Source: Antedon mediterranea
Lineage: Eukaryota; Animalia; Echinodermata
Reading direction: 5' to 3'
Length of the DNA stretch: 64,000 bases
Assembly: GCF_964355755.1 (NCBI RefSeq)
Contig: NC_092674.1
Span: 13,950,001 to 14,014,000 of the forward strand
The position numbers and the translations under genes were made by a program. Positions within the stretch are counted from its first letter, which is position 1. Each line of letters starts with the position of its first letter. This document shows positions 27,334 through 41,378 of this stretch, in pieces. A model generated the notes under the pieces. That model saw only the letters and a list, made by a program, of their open reading frames with translations. It had not been told where the DNA came from and did no database searches.

Positions 27334-30300
27334 TAGGCCTGTTAAGTGACCCAATCCTTCAAATTGTGATAACATTCTGAAACTTTGCACAGTTATCCAT
27401 TAGGGTGTCAAAAATATGGAATGGAAGGGTTGCACAAAATTTGGTCAGGGGAAAGCCGCCATTTTGGATTTCAAAATGGCGGACCCAAATTGTTCACTTT
27501 TCAGGTATATCTCTGCTAAATAGGCACCTAGAGTTCTGAATTTAGGTGCAAATTATATGGTAATGGGGTCACCCAACATATTGGTATAACTAACATTTTA
27601 ATTGCATGGCGGCCATTTTAGATTTCAAAATGGCGGACTTCAAATTTTCACTTTTTAGGTATATCTCTGCTAAAGAGGCACCTAGAGTTCTGATTTTAGG
27701 TGCAAATTATATGGTAGTGGGGTCACCAAACATACTGGTATAACTAACATTTTGATTCCATGGCGGCCATGTTGGATTTCAAAATGGCGGATTTCAAATT
27801 TCCATTTTTCAGGTATATCTCTGCGAAAAAGGCACCTAGAGTTCTGATTTTAGGTGCAAATTATATGTTAATGGGGTCACCAAACATATTGGTATAACTA
27901 ACATTTTGATTGCACGGCGGCAATTTTGGATTTCAAAATGGCGGACTTCAAATTTTCACTTTTCAGGTATCTCTGCTAAAAAGGTACAGAGTTCTGATTT
28001 TAGGTGCCAATTATATGGTAATGCGTAACCAAACATATTGGTATTTAACTGACATTTTTATTGCATGGCGGTCATTTTGAATTTCAAAATGGCGAACTCA
28101 AAATGTTTCAGTACGGTACCTACAGTTATAATTTTAGGTAAAAAGTATAATATAGTATTGAGGTCAACAAACATATTAGTATAACGTCATTGATTGCATG
28201 GCGGCCATTTTGAATGTAGCTCAACCCGTACTGGCTTTACAATATGTGTTTATGTTCATAATTACATGCATTTAACACGGACACTTATTGTAGGTCACAT
28301 TTTCCCTGGCAACCACACAGCTCTGTACATCGTAAATCACTCTTTCTGCATTTACAGCATCCAAGATCACAGTCGGTGTGTCCAAAGCGAATTAAAACAT
28401 TTGTGACATCTGAAAGTTCTCCAAGCAATGAACTCCAAGCTGGACTAAATTTGTTGCCGTCCTTCCTCTATCCCCAGTTCGCTGGGTCCTGTTCAACCCT
28501 GAATGCATCTAGACAGTCGTACCACTTCCTGGCTTCCGCTTCACATGTTCTCTTAATGCCGCAGATGTTGGGGGATATTTTCAATAGTCTTTCTCTTGTA
28601 AAAAGATATCGTCTTGCATCATTAAATGTTCTGCAGTAGACATAGTTACAACAAACTGTTCTAGATAATCTGTGTCTGTTTCAATAACATGCCCTACAGA
28701 CAATGACATCCTCTCAAAAACTGGAGTCATACATGGCATCTTTTTCAAAGTCTCGTTAAATGTAGCTTTACCTTTTCCTTAAACAGATGAAGTTCTATCA
28801 CAACCGCTAATGGTATGAAAGAACAAGTAAGCGGCTGATGCTTGTGATCCAAGAGAAGAAGCAATCTCGTGTATTGGGATGTACTTCAAGTACTTCCCCA
28901 CTCCAAACTCGATCAGAAGCTCGTGGATGCCAGGTATTCTGTGGAAAGCTGACAACAACATCACTGTGTACAGTCTTGACAATGCGTCGAAAATTTCAGC
29001 GGCAAGTTTAACGTGAACAAACATACGTTCATCTGCCTCTTCTATGTTACATGGCATCAGCGATTGTATATTTACTGGTTTGTTACAGCTCTGTCTCCCA
29101 AAGACCCTACAAACATTCCGTGATTTGTGCCAATGTTATCTACTACTTCAGTTACAATAAATGAAAACAACTCTGATTTGTTGTCATCAAATCTAAAAAA
29201 TGTGGTCCAATTGTTGGGCATGCTCCCGCTGGCTTTAAAGACCCTCCTTACACCAGAAACGCGGTTTGAACGCGTACCAGACTTTAAACTGTCATTAAAG
29301 TATCTATCGAAAAACAAATCTAGTCGTGTCACTGATCGAAGTTGACACAAATCACGGAATGTTTGTAGGGTCTCTAGGAGACAGAGCAGCAACAAACCAG
29401 TCTGTAAATATACAACTGCTGATGCCATGTAACATAGAGGCAGATGAATGTATGTTTGTTCATGTTAAACATGCCGCTGAAATTTTTCCGCGCATTCTTG
29501 TCAAGACTGTAGACAGTGATGTTATTGTTATTGCATTGTCAGCTTTCCACAGAATACCTAGGATCCGCAAGCTTTGAATCGAGTTTGGAGTGGGGAAGCA
29601 CATCCCAATACACGAGATTGTTTTTCTCTTGGACCACAAGCATCAGCCGCTTACTTGTTCTTTCATTTCTTTAGCAGTTGTGATACAACTTCATCTGTTT
29701 AAGGAAAAGATAAAGCTACATTTAACCCGACTTGGAAAAAGATGCCATTAATGACTTCAGTTTTCGATAGGATGTCATTGTCTGTAAGGTAAAGTGTCGA
29801 GACCTAAGCTAATGATAATGGCCGTGGTGCCCATCTCCATTTCTTTAGCGTTTGAGCCAGACTCCACTAAGTGTGTATGTTTGTGGAGGTACGCCACTCC
29901 TCCCGCACAAACGAGTCTGATTTACCTTCCCAGTACTTTTTACATACCGGTACCAATTTCTATCATCTGGGTGGGGAGGAACAATGTGGATAAAGAATCT
30001 TGATTAAGGACTCAACACTGCAGTGACCGACCGGGCTTGAACCAGCAACCTCTTGATTGCAAGTCCAATGCTCTAACCACTGCGCCACAGTGCTCCACAC
30101 TCTCAGATGTCAAAAAGGTTTTAATTCGCTGTGGACACACCGAATGTGATCTTGGACGCTGTAAATGCAGAAAGAGTGATTTACGATATACAGAGCTGTG
30201 TGGTTGCCAGGGAAAAGGTGACATACAATAAGTGTCCATGTTAAATGCATGTAACTATAAACATAAACAAATAGTGTAAAGCCAGTACAGTTGAGCTACG

Positions 30301-30910
30301 TTCAAAATGGCCGCCGGCGGCAATGCAATCAAAGACGTTATACCAATATGTTTGGTGACCCATTACCATATAATTTGCACCTAAAATCAGAACTCTGTGT
30401 ACCCTTTTAGCAGAGATATACCTGAAAAGTGAAAATTTGGGGTCCGCCATTTTGAAATCCAAAATGGCCACCATGCAATCAAAATGTTAGTTATACTAAT
30501 ATGTTTGGTGACCCCATTACCATATAATTTGCACCTAAAATCAGAACTCTAGGTGCCTTTTTAGCAGAGATATACCTGAAAAGTGAAAATTTGGGGTCCG
30601 CCATTTTGAAATCCAACATGGCCGCCATGCAATCAAAATGTTAGTTATACCAATATGTTTGGTGACCCCACTACCATATAATTTGCACCTAAAATCAGAA
30701 CTCTAGGTGCCTTTTTAGCAGAGATATACCTGAAAAGTGAAAATTTGGGGTCCGCCATTTTGAAATCCAAAATGGCGGCTTTCCCCTGACCAAATTTAGT
30801 GCAACCCTTCCATTTCATGTTTTTGACACCCTAATGAATAACTGTGCAAAGTTTCAAAATATTATCACAATTTGAAGGATTTGCCTAAAATATGCACCTT
30901 AACATGCCTA
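27334..30910. mobile_element. Palindromic Academ-derived element (two 3' halves head to head)
   Basis: TAG..CTA ends with AATCCTTCAAATTGTGA subterminal motif and ~154-bp tandem units in both arms. XPG-like (EEADERM..FHTISGCDRTS) and Cys-rich (RCKCRK..TELCGC) remnants on both strands. Confidence 0.8.
29789..30100 (-). mobile_element. tRNA-derived SINE (family 2)
   Basis: A box TGGCGCAGTGG, B box GGTTCAAGCCC. Absent from the mirror arm of the host element. Confidence 0.8.
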
Positions 30911-32049
30911 AAGGTTTTCGAAATTAAACTCACAATGCAATACATACATTAATTTTTATATTCAACCTAATGATTTTTTCGTAAACAGTGCCGATAATAG
31001 AACTTTTTACCCATGACTTCATTGTTATTTGGTTCATACCTTTACCTTTTTAAAGGGTGGTAGTACTGTACTAGATCTTCTAGATCTAGAAAACTATAAA
31101 GAAAGTATATATATACTCAATACGTAGAATTAGCGTTGAAAAATGCGGGAAGAAACACTTAATTCATTAACATCAAGGTGTTTGTTAGAAACGTAAAGAG
31201 GCAGACATAGTTAAATGAAAGAGAATCAATGAAATGCGCGTTGGTTTCTTTTAACGCGAATTCAAATTGCTATTTTCAACTTACTATTTATTTGATTTTA
31301 CAACGATTAAAAACATAGTCCAACATCGTTACAGGCGTTCTTGCGGTAAAGGTTCCTTAGAAATAATATTGCATTATAATCGATGTCTTCAGCCGTTTTA
31401 TATACAGTACGATGAAGTTTGCTGTTAGAAAAGTTTTTTTTACAACTTATTTTCGTCTTAACCTTAATGAAACATCTTTTCAAGCTTCTGTTGCATTCGT
31501 TGCAATAAACCTCAATAATAATTATGCATTCTCACTTCGTACATGCAATATTTAGAATTTATAGTTTATTAGACCGGCTTTAGATTGAGCTAGGTGCCAC
31601 CCGGAAAGGACACTAATGATACAATGTTTTCTTAGGTCCTTTCATGACTGTGTATGAACAGAAAGGTTACAGGTAAACGCACATTTCGGGGTGGGTTGGG
31701 GCGATTATCCAAAATGACGGGCAAAATGGTAAAAAAAAATACATTGTTGTCAGTAAGTATTGCCTTGAAACAGTAATGAGACCATTAATATGATCACATA
31801 CCCTCTATGGACTACCATCACGCATATTTGCATAATGATACCATGTTTAAATTTAGTATAGTGACCACCATGGAAGCAACATTAAACGAAGTGGTTTGTA
31901 ATAACACATATGACACTAAGTATTACCGTATTATGTAAATGACTTACGTGGTTTAAATGATTTACGTCTGCTCCAACTTTGATGAGATACGTACATGTAC
32001 GCACAAAGAAACGTAACAAACTAATTTTCAACACATTGAAGCCTTGTGG

Positions 32050-32920
32050 CATGAATATCAGAAATTGAATTAAAAATAACAGAGGATAATTCTAAATAAG
32101 GTCTAACAAGCGTTTTGAACAAATTAACAAGGGGTAGCCAATTCCCCTACAGTGTCTCCAAATGAAGCCAACCATTCTATTACTCTTATTAACAATTTGA
32201 TCAATATGCTTGGAAAATAAAAGTTTGGAATCGAAGAATATTCTCAGATCCTTATGGTATTGGACTTTGTCTAAGTTCTGATTATTAATTTGATAAATAA
32301 ACGAAATGTGTTTTGATTTAAGAGTAATAGTAATTGACTTACATTTGGAGGCATTGAGTTTCATACCACAAGAATTAGACCACTGTATTAGACCATCCAA
32401 ATCCTCCTGAAGTAATACTGCATCATCGTTAGAAGAAATAATGATATAACTTAATATCATCCACAAATAAAAGAAACTTGGAAAATTTAGGAGTTGTAAA
32501 ATCGTTGATAAAATGTTAACTAACAAAGGACCCAACAGTGAGCCCTGCGGAACACCAGAAAGAATAGGTAACCAATGACAATTGATCCTCAACAGAACTG
32601 TCTGCTGCCTTCCACTCACGTAAGATGATAGTAGTTGGTGTAGTTTGCAAATGATACCAAATCTGTTCAACTTGTAGAGAAGGAACTCAAGTGACACCCT
32701 GTCAAAAGCACATGAGAAATCTGAATAAACAACATCACATTGCTGTTTGTTGTCTATAGAAGAATACGGTGTACTTAATAAAGTATCCAGATTAGTTTGG
32801 CATGATCTCCCCGGAGTAAAGCCGTGTTGAGACTCACTCAAAAAGGGAAAAACATGCTGAGATATATGATTATACATCTCATTCTCACAAATACTTTGGA
32901 AATAGTACAAAGGATTCAAA
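32050..32920 (-). pseudogene. CR1/Jockey-group LINE RT fragment
   Basis: SQHGFTPGRSCQTNL, DVVYSDFSCAFDRV, SGVPQGSLLGPLL; catalytic region frameshifted. Confidence 0.88.
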
Positions 32921-35882
32921 CTGGTGTGTAGTTCTTTACATTACTCTGAGCACCTCCTTTAAATATCTGCACGTTTAAAACCGCCCAATATGACACCAAC
33001 GCCAGCATACGGTACATACCACAACATTTAATAAGTATGTCAGAAATAGACATTGTAGTCGCTTAGTACGTAGATGGATCAATTTCATCATGTAGCTGCT
33101 GTTTTCAGTAGTATGCTGTTATTTACAATAAACAGCAACGCTTTCCTCGCGATTATGTTTACGATACATGTATAATTAATGTTTAGCTATAAATTGCGTC
33201 ATAAGTGTTGTTATTAGATACCCAGTGCTGACCACTACATCTGAACTATACTAATTTTAAATCAATTGGAACTCATCAGTCGTATACATTATAGTGATTG
33301 CGGATTTTAAAAAAATAATCAAAACTGATTACATTCCAATTTTCAAGAAGCTTAAATGTTTCAATATTTACATCTCATTGAGACTGTGCCTGTGATTTAA
33401 AAGATACAAGATACAATAGTTCAGTTCAGTCAGCTCAGTACATAAACAATGGTACGAAGACGTACACTTACTGTGTGAGTTTTCATATAAATTATACTAG
33501 TAAGAGGCTAATTAGTCCTCTATCAGATAACATTCTGATTAGGCGGATTTCGTTTTGCAGGTTCGCCCTACAATCGCGAAATGTTATTTTAACTAGGGTT
33601 AGATAAAACATGTTACTGAGAAAAGGCCAATTTTCTAGTTCAAATTTAATTCAACAAATTGCACTATTTCTGTATCCTTTCGTATATTTGTTGAGAATAA
33701 ATAAATTCATATTCATATAAAATATTTTCAAAATAGTGGTACACAACAATGACACCAAAAAAGAGGTGAAAACAAACTCTATTTTACAGTCTTGTCACTA
33801 TAAATAGGAGCAAAGCTAAATAAAAAAAAAAAATTCGAAACCAGTGTTACACTGTAAAAAGGACTTCGGAAAATACATAGATAAAGCATAAATCAGCAAT
33901 TTTCACTGCCTACTCAAAACATGAATCTGACGAGGGTTAGTTTCACAGGAACAATAATACTTCCTACTACAAGTAGTAATTGTCGTGGTTACGCTAAACT
34001 TTCAACATATACACATGCAATGATTAATAGCCTACACATTTGTATAAGTTTTCTTTGTTGTTTATGTCAGTTTCATGTTTTTTGTCTTTTTTTGACAATT
34101 ATTGCAATTAAAACGCAATTAATTCATCAATCGTCATACTCCATTCTGATTAGGCCTACTACCGTACGTCCTGTAGTTAATGACTCTTGGTTGTATCGCG
34201 GCGCCTTTCCACTTATCATTTCATCATATCCCATAATATTACTATTGAAACCGAATTTAAAGATTTTTAAAAAGCTTTTTTGTGATAGTCTCAAAATGCC
34301 AGGATGCATTATGGAACCATCATCGTCAGATCTATGTATTGCAATTGGAAATAATCAAACAATGATGTTGTTTTGATGTCAGTGGTGGGTATTAATGGTG
34401 GCGGCTTTCATTCGAGGGAGGCGTTTGTTGGTAACATTTCATAATAAAATACATTCCCTAGATATGAACCAATACAACACCGTTATTTTTTATTACGAAC
34501 ACCTTTTTGGTGAACGAGTTTTTTTTCCGTTGCAAAAATAAAGATTTTATTATTATTTTAATATAGGCCTAATCAGAAGTGATAAATACAGTAAACAATT
34601 ATATGAAAATGCATGGTAAATTGTAGATATAGCAGTCAATGAATTATTCTACAAACACAATTATGTTTGTGTTATAATACAATATTGTGTGTAGAAATAA
34701 ATGTGGCGGGCCGTTTATTTGAGGGTGGAGGTTGAATATTCTAAAGATTTGTTATGGGGGAGGGGCGTTTATTCTAATAAATGCGGTAGACCTAATTGGT
34801 ATAATCAATACCTTAGTTAGTTTCAATCAAATACTAAACAATACAAATGACCATTGGTCTGTTTTGGAAAAAGAAATACGTTTTAAACGGCTTTCAACAT
34901 GGGCCAAAGCATCCCGGGTCTCAACGACGATACACGCAGATAGCGCGCAACCTGTTCAAACCTAACAGCCACTCGGCTACCATTCAGTTATATAGTGGTT
35001 TTACCTAATTTCAAGTAAATCTATGATGGCTATAATCAGTTCTCCTGATAATAGGCCTTATGTAATGTTTACCCAATATCTGATATTTAAAATTGTATAT
35101 ACTGATTTTACAATTTCACTCGCAATATACTTCGATGATGTTTTAATGTTATTTGATTTGATTCTGTACATTGAAAAAAGCAAAGTATGTATGTCGCCGC
35201 CAACGGAAAACATTGAACGGAAGCAAAAACTCGACAGGCAAGGCATTTCAGGGATTTAATTACATTACATTACGGAAATCACTTTTATCCCGCGGACGGT
35301 TGGAAATATACCAATGAAATCATAAATTTTGTTTTAAAATCCTTTATAATATCTTCCTAAGAAATATTGAACAATATCGTTATAGTGAACAGTAATGTAT
35401 TATTAAATCTAAGATAAATAAAATAGGTATCCAAGGGAAGATATCTTTACACACGTGTTTCCATTGTGCTCGCCTATGTCAGAATTATGCATAATTTGTA
35501 TATAGACACGCTAACATTAACCTCATGGAGCACATTCAGCTCGTAGTATCATGCACGTGAATTCATAAAGGTTAAGATATAATTAAATTAAACAAGATAA
35601 GGTATGTCGATGACTACTTCAATATTCTTTACAGGTAATTTCAAGGATGTCTTAGAATGAACTAGACGATCGCCCACGTGCGTAAAATCTTACAACAGGC
35701 ATAATGCCGACCCTAAATGAACATACACAGTAAATTAAATTACCGTGTTTAAAATGTTAATTTCATATAATTCTTAAAATGAACTTTGACATTGCATCTA
35801 CGAGAAAAACATCAACAGTTGGTTATCAACCAACACGTATACCTTTCTTTAGCGCAAAACCGAAAGAACGAGTGATTATTTA

Positions 35883-37230
35883 AGGCTGGTTTCCTGTCGA
35901 CGTAAGAACATCACTTTTGTTGCGACTACGTCGATTTGTCGTAAGAAATGCGTATTTTACAGGAAACCGATTACGATCGAAAATTTACAAAATCGACGCA
36001 ACGTAAGAAAAATGGTAACGACAAACGATTTTACAGGAAACCGATGACCTAACAATTGTTGCGTTACGACGTTTTCTTCCGATTTTATAGGAAACCGGGA
36101 TTTTTTATCTTACGCTTGAATGAACGCCCTTGCGTCACGTTTCTTACGTCTCTTACGAAAGTTGACTTGAAGTTAACTTTCGCAAGAGACGTAAGCGCAA
36201 TCGTAACAAGCAACCAATGAGCGACAAGAGTTATGACGTAATGTGTATGTCCTTATAGTGAAATAAAGCCGGACAATAACATTTGTATGTAATTACTACT
36301 ATAATTTTAGCCCACTTTACGATGTTGTACATACTTTACAAATGCACAGTAGTTTCTATAATATAGGCCTAATAATGTTCTAATCCGGGAGTTTACAACT
36401 CATCAAAATCTAATACTCTTATTTATGGACGTGCAATAAACAATCAGCATCGGTAGAAACGTCTCGAAAATGAACATTTGCAACAAGATAAGATATAGAA
36501 AGCCCCTTTTTAAGCAATATAATATTATTATGTAACTTTAAAAAAAAAATTGTTTGCTTGATTTTGTATAATTTATATTGTTTTGTTAAATTTATTCTTA
36601 TTATAGGCCTGTAAATAATGGGTATCTTACTGCGGTAGTACTATCTCATGCTCGATTAGATATGCTTATAGGCCCATAGGCCAATGCTTAGCCTAGGGCC
36701 TAGGTAGGTCTAATAATAATAGGCTAGGGGCCTAGGCTAGTTTGATTATTTGGTCAAATCAATTCCTATTAGTACAGTATTAATTAAGTATTTTACTAAT
36801 ACTAGGGCCTAGCCTATCTACTGAAAATAATATGTTGGTGTGCTGCACTGACACTGCTGCTGAGTAGCTACAGACAGGTACAATAACAACATTCAACATT
36901 TCGCGCGAAAAATGATAAAACCCGCTCTAAAAAGAAACACCAATCAGAGATGTTGTTTCAAATACGTCATAAATCCGACCGACGTAAGAAAAAAATTTAA
37001 ACTTTCGTAACAACACTAAAATCGACGTAAGCATACGACGTGTGTTTCACAGCCAAAATTTCAACTTTCGGGAGCAGCATAACTACAGATGTTTCTCTGC
37101 GGCCCGACACGATCTTGACTAAGGTCAACGACGTCAAGTTTTTCTCAACTTTCGTAAGAGACGTAAGAAACGTATGAAACGCAAGAATCGTTGCAAAATT
37201 CGACTTCTTACGTCGACAGGAAACCAGCCT
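35883..37230. mobile_element. Non-autonomous PIF/Harbinger element
   Basis: Perfect TIR AGGCTGGTTTCCTGTCGACGTAAGAA and 3-bp TSD TTA. Confidence 0.88.
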
Positions 37231-39510
37231 TTATACACAGATGGTGACCTCGCTTCGCTCGCTCCCAATCTAGGAAGTGTAGACGACGGTTCTCGGAATG
37301 ATAATGCCTCGGGTCAAAAGGTTTTAGAAGAACGTTCTGGCTTGGACGTTTTCGGTCGGTTACCATTATTGAAATACTTGATATTCGTAAAACCTACTCT
37401 GTTTCACAGTGCCTTAGATGATTAATAACATAGTATAGTGTTTATTGTTTGATAGGGCCCTTATAGAGTGGAGGTGGGAAGGCAGAGTTCATTTGAGGTA
37501 GGTCCTAATTCGAAGGATAAGTTTAATTTTTGGTAATAAAGAACAACAAATTAATGCTTGGTAAATTGTTGATAACAGTCCGATAAATTCTACTACAAAT
37601 AGTATAATTGTATTATAAATATAATACAATATTGTGTGTAAATGTGGATGGGCGTTTATTAGATTATTAGTCTATGTGATGTTTTATTGGGGAGGTGTTA
37701 GGCGTTTATTCAAGTAAATACCATCCTAATTGGTATAATTAATACATTTAATTTAAACATCTTTTGAAACTTCCGCGACACATTTGGCCGTTTCGGCCTA
37801 AAAAGGAAGACGTTTTAGAGAGGGGGACTAACAGGACACAGATAGCGCACAGCTATACAGACGTCCTGACAGCTTACACAACAACTCGGCTCTCGGGGTT
37901 TCACTCAATTACAGACAAAATGTCTTATCATCAGTTCTCCCAATGTAATGTTATATACTATTCCCTAAAATATACTCAGATGCTTTATGAATATGTTTAA
38001 TCTGATCTTTATTAATTTGCAGTATAATTTTTATTTTGATAACTACTACTACCTTCACACGTGCGCGGTCAGAAAATAAACAAAAACTAAAATGGCTATC
38101 GCCACCAACGGCCGACTTAGTTGAAACTTTGTTTTTCCCAAAGACTTTCTCTGAAAGATACGTGAAAGATAGCCGAACTACTTCCTAAATATAGCTAAAC
38201 CTAAACCTCTAAACAATCTCTCTGACTACAAAGCAACAATATACAATAAAGCAAGTTGGTCATGGTATTTGAACCCCATACATCGGCAATTCAAAGTCTA
38301 AAGTCAAATCCATCCGACTACACAGACGGCTCGAAGGAAATCCTATTAAAGTCCATTCAGAGGGCGAGCGCAGAGCAGATGAAACATGATGCATATTCAT
38401 AATAATGCTCCCTAGAATGGGACGCCCTTTCTCGGATTTTCAGAGAAAGTTTTTATTGGGAAAAACATTTTCACAACTCGGAACTAACTTTACTGCCGAC
38501 GCTTAAAAATTTAACGATGAAACCCAACATTTCGTTTTAAACCCTCCATGATATCTTTCTAAGAGAGAAATATGGAAAAATATCGTAATAGTGAGAACTA
38601 ATGTTATCAAAACTACGTTTCGCAGCCTTATGTTAATTATGGAATAGGTAGACACAATGTAAAACGCATATCACTAACTCCGTGTCGGTTCTCACTCTAG
38701 CTGTTCCATGAGGTAATGTCTTAGATAGATATTATAGGCCTAAAGGGTTTTAAAACAAGATTTCTGATGTAATGTTAATTCTGGATTCGTCATTCCTTTG
38801 CGATTTCCGGGTAGGTTGCAACTACACTGTAAAAAATAATTCGGCATGGGTAAAGTCCGACGGTTACACTACCAATTGCGCGAGAATTGTATTACCCTGG
38901 AAGTGCGGAGGAAACCATGCGATATGACGACTGTCGCGTGGAACAAGTCCATATTTTTAATAATTATTTTTATTTTGCATATAAGACCTATTTTTGTATC
39001 AGAAAATTCTACTGTTTAATATACAGCTGAAGTAGGTGTTATCAGTCACGGACTAAAAGATGAAAAAATAAGGTAAGCTTAAAAAGTAGGCCCTAGGCCT
39101 AGGGCCTAGTTAAGTTTAGTTCACTGCTCTGTATGTATGCGCCCAGTGCACGAGGATACTATGAAGTGTAATCAGCCTCGCCAAGTAGGCTTGGTCTAGG
39201 CCTGATGACATTGCTTAGTCTAAATTGCTTAGTCTCCGCTAGTGGCTGGAGTAACAATAAAATCTCTGTACAAAACGCGTGTTTCTCTCTTTAAACGACA
39301 ACATGAACTAATTATATAAATTATAATGCAGAAGGTTATGGTTTGGCTATTTAGTTATTATTATAATTATTGTGAATCAGACTGTTTAAAACTTAGTGCG
39401 ACAGACAGTTATTACAAAGTGCGACATCTCGATTACTACAAAGTAGGCCTATGACGATTATTACAAAGTGCGGCAGTACAAATAACGTGGTTTATAGATA
39501 GTAATTATAA

Positions 39511-39820
39511 TTTGTTTGTTTTATCTTTATACTGGGTAACCTCTTCAGTCAAAGACTGATCTCCCAGAGAGCCAAGTTGGTGATCAGTGGCTGTGATGTA
39601 CTAATACACGGGGGTAACCCCCTACTCGTCTCGAAATATGTACTAGGTTCTTTAAAGTGCACACAAGCAAGTTGTGTACACTGGACCTACGGTTTATAGT
39701 CCTTATCCGAGAAGACTCGTTCTACCACCAGAACCATGGGGTGAGTGAGCCTCGAACCCCTGCCGATGTTATGGCTACGTGATTAAGGTTCCATTGTCTT
39801 AACCGCTCGGCCTCTCACTC
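39511..39820 (-). mobile_element. tRNA-derived SINE (family 1)
   Basis: Near-identical to 1966-2291. Confidence 0.85.
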
Positions 39821-40100
39821 ACGAAGTGCGATGTGCTTTTTTTTCCAAGACAGTACCTATCAGGAAACAACCCTTATTTTAATGGCCTTACTTGAGTTTC
39901 GGGATCATATTTTTTTTTTAAATATTATTAAGTTCTTTAGTGAGATCTGGCTGGAAGGTATCCAGGTCCAGGGAGTTAAATGGCCGCGACTTATAAACTA
40001 TCTTTTGATTGATCTGACTTCCCAAAGTCAAGATTAACCTTGATGAAGGAGTAGTGCTCTGGGTACAATCGTGCAGTTCTCTACAATACAGTAATCCTCG

Positions 40101-41130
40101 CTAGGTTCTATTCTGGGTCCTCTTTTCTTTACCATGTTTATTAATGATTTTTCGTCTGTTCCACATCATTCTAATTTTTGTATTATTTGCTGATGACATT
40201 AAACTTTTTCGGACTATTACAACTGATAATGATATGTTGCTTCTGCAGGCAGATTTGGATGGTCTTGTTCACTAGTGTTACAACTGGGGTATGTATATAA
40301 TGTCTCCAAATGTAAATCTATGTCTGTTACTCTCAAGAAAAAACCCATTTAATTTGATTTCAAGATTAATAATATTGTTCTCGAAAAAGTTTCTGTTCAT
40401 AAGGATTTAGGCGTTCTTTAAATTTTTGTAAACATGTTTAATATGTTGTAGCTAAGAGTAACAAACTCCTGGGATTCATTTGCAGAAATTGCAGACATAT
40501 CAATGGTAGTAAGGCATTGATTCTTATGTATAAATCTTTAATTCGGTATAATCTTGAGTTTTGCTCTGTTATTTTAATTCAATTTCTTTTTCTCAGTCTA
40601 TTATGTTACAACGTCTTCAAAATAAGTTTTGTAGGTTTTATTTCCGTAAATTTGGTAAAAATCCCAAGTTAGTTCTACTTAAAGATAGAAGGAATGTATT
40701 TTATTTAATTTTCTTGTATAAATGTATGAACTCTGTTGTTGATGGTAACTTTATTTCTTATTTTCACCTTTCCGTTCCTGTTTATAGATTAAGAAATCCG
40801 GGGTTATTTTTTGTTCCACCGGGAAGGGTTAAAGTAACTAGGGATGGTTGGATCTGTCGTCTTCCTAGATTATTTAATTATATTGGCTATTGTAATCTGT
40901 TTTTTGATATTTTTTGTGATACAATTTATTGTTTTTGGTTGTAAGATTACTGTTGCTATTACTTCTATTTAATTACTTTCTTTATGATAATTTGCTATGG
41001 TATTGATTTACCTGTAATTTTAGCTAATTGTGTTGTTTAATTATCTATATAAATTACATTTATTGATTCAATCCTGTTATAGGCGACTTTGGTCGCTGTT
41101 GGATGAAGATGAAATAAAAAAAAATATAAA
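40101..41130 (+). mobile_element. 5'-truncated CR1/Jockey-group LINE
   Basis: GSILGP and LFADDIKLF remnants, A-rich tail. Interrupts class-A flank that is contiguous at ~58900. Confidence 0.8.
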
Positions 41131-41279
41131 GTAGGTCTTTTTGATCTATAATAATGACCCGCAATGTTAATTGGTTCATTTAGGTATGTTATTACCGGCA
41201 CGCCATTTAAATTAAAAACTTTTTAAAAATCAAACTGAATTATGTAGCACCCCTTATAATTAATGTTTGTAAAACTTAC

Positions 41280-41378
41280 ATTGTCTGGAAGATCCAATTT
41301 AGCACCTGCCTTGAGCAAAATAGTGCAAACATATGTGTGGCCGTAATATTCAGCCAAAAGTAAAGGTGTCGATCCATC
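41280..41378 (-). CDS. Ankyrin-repeat exon E4: DGSTPLLLAEYYGHTYVCTILLKAGAKLDLPDN
   Basis: 99 bp, open, CTTTCAG| acceptor and |GTAAGT donor, phase 0-0. Confidence 0.88.

Noticed and set aside
28779-29577. Host XPG/FEN1 nuclease gene
   Set aside because: Broken frames inside Academ-like arms; this domain is a known Academ component.
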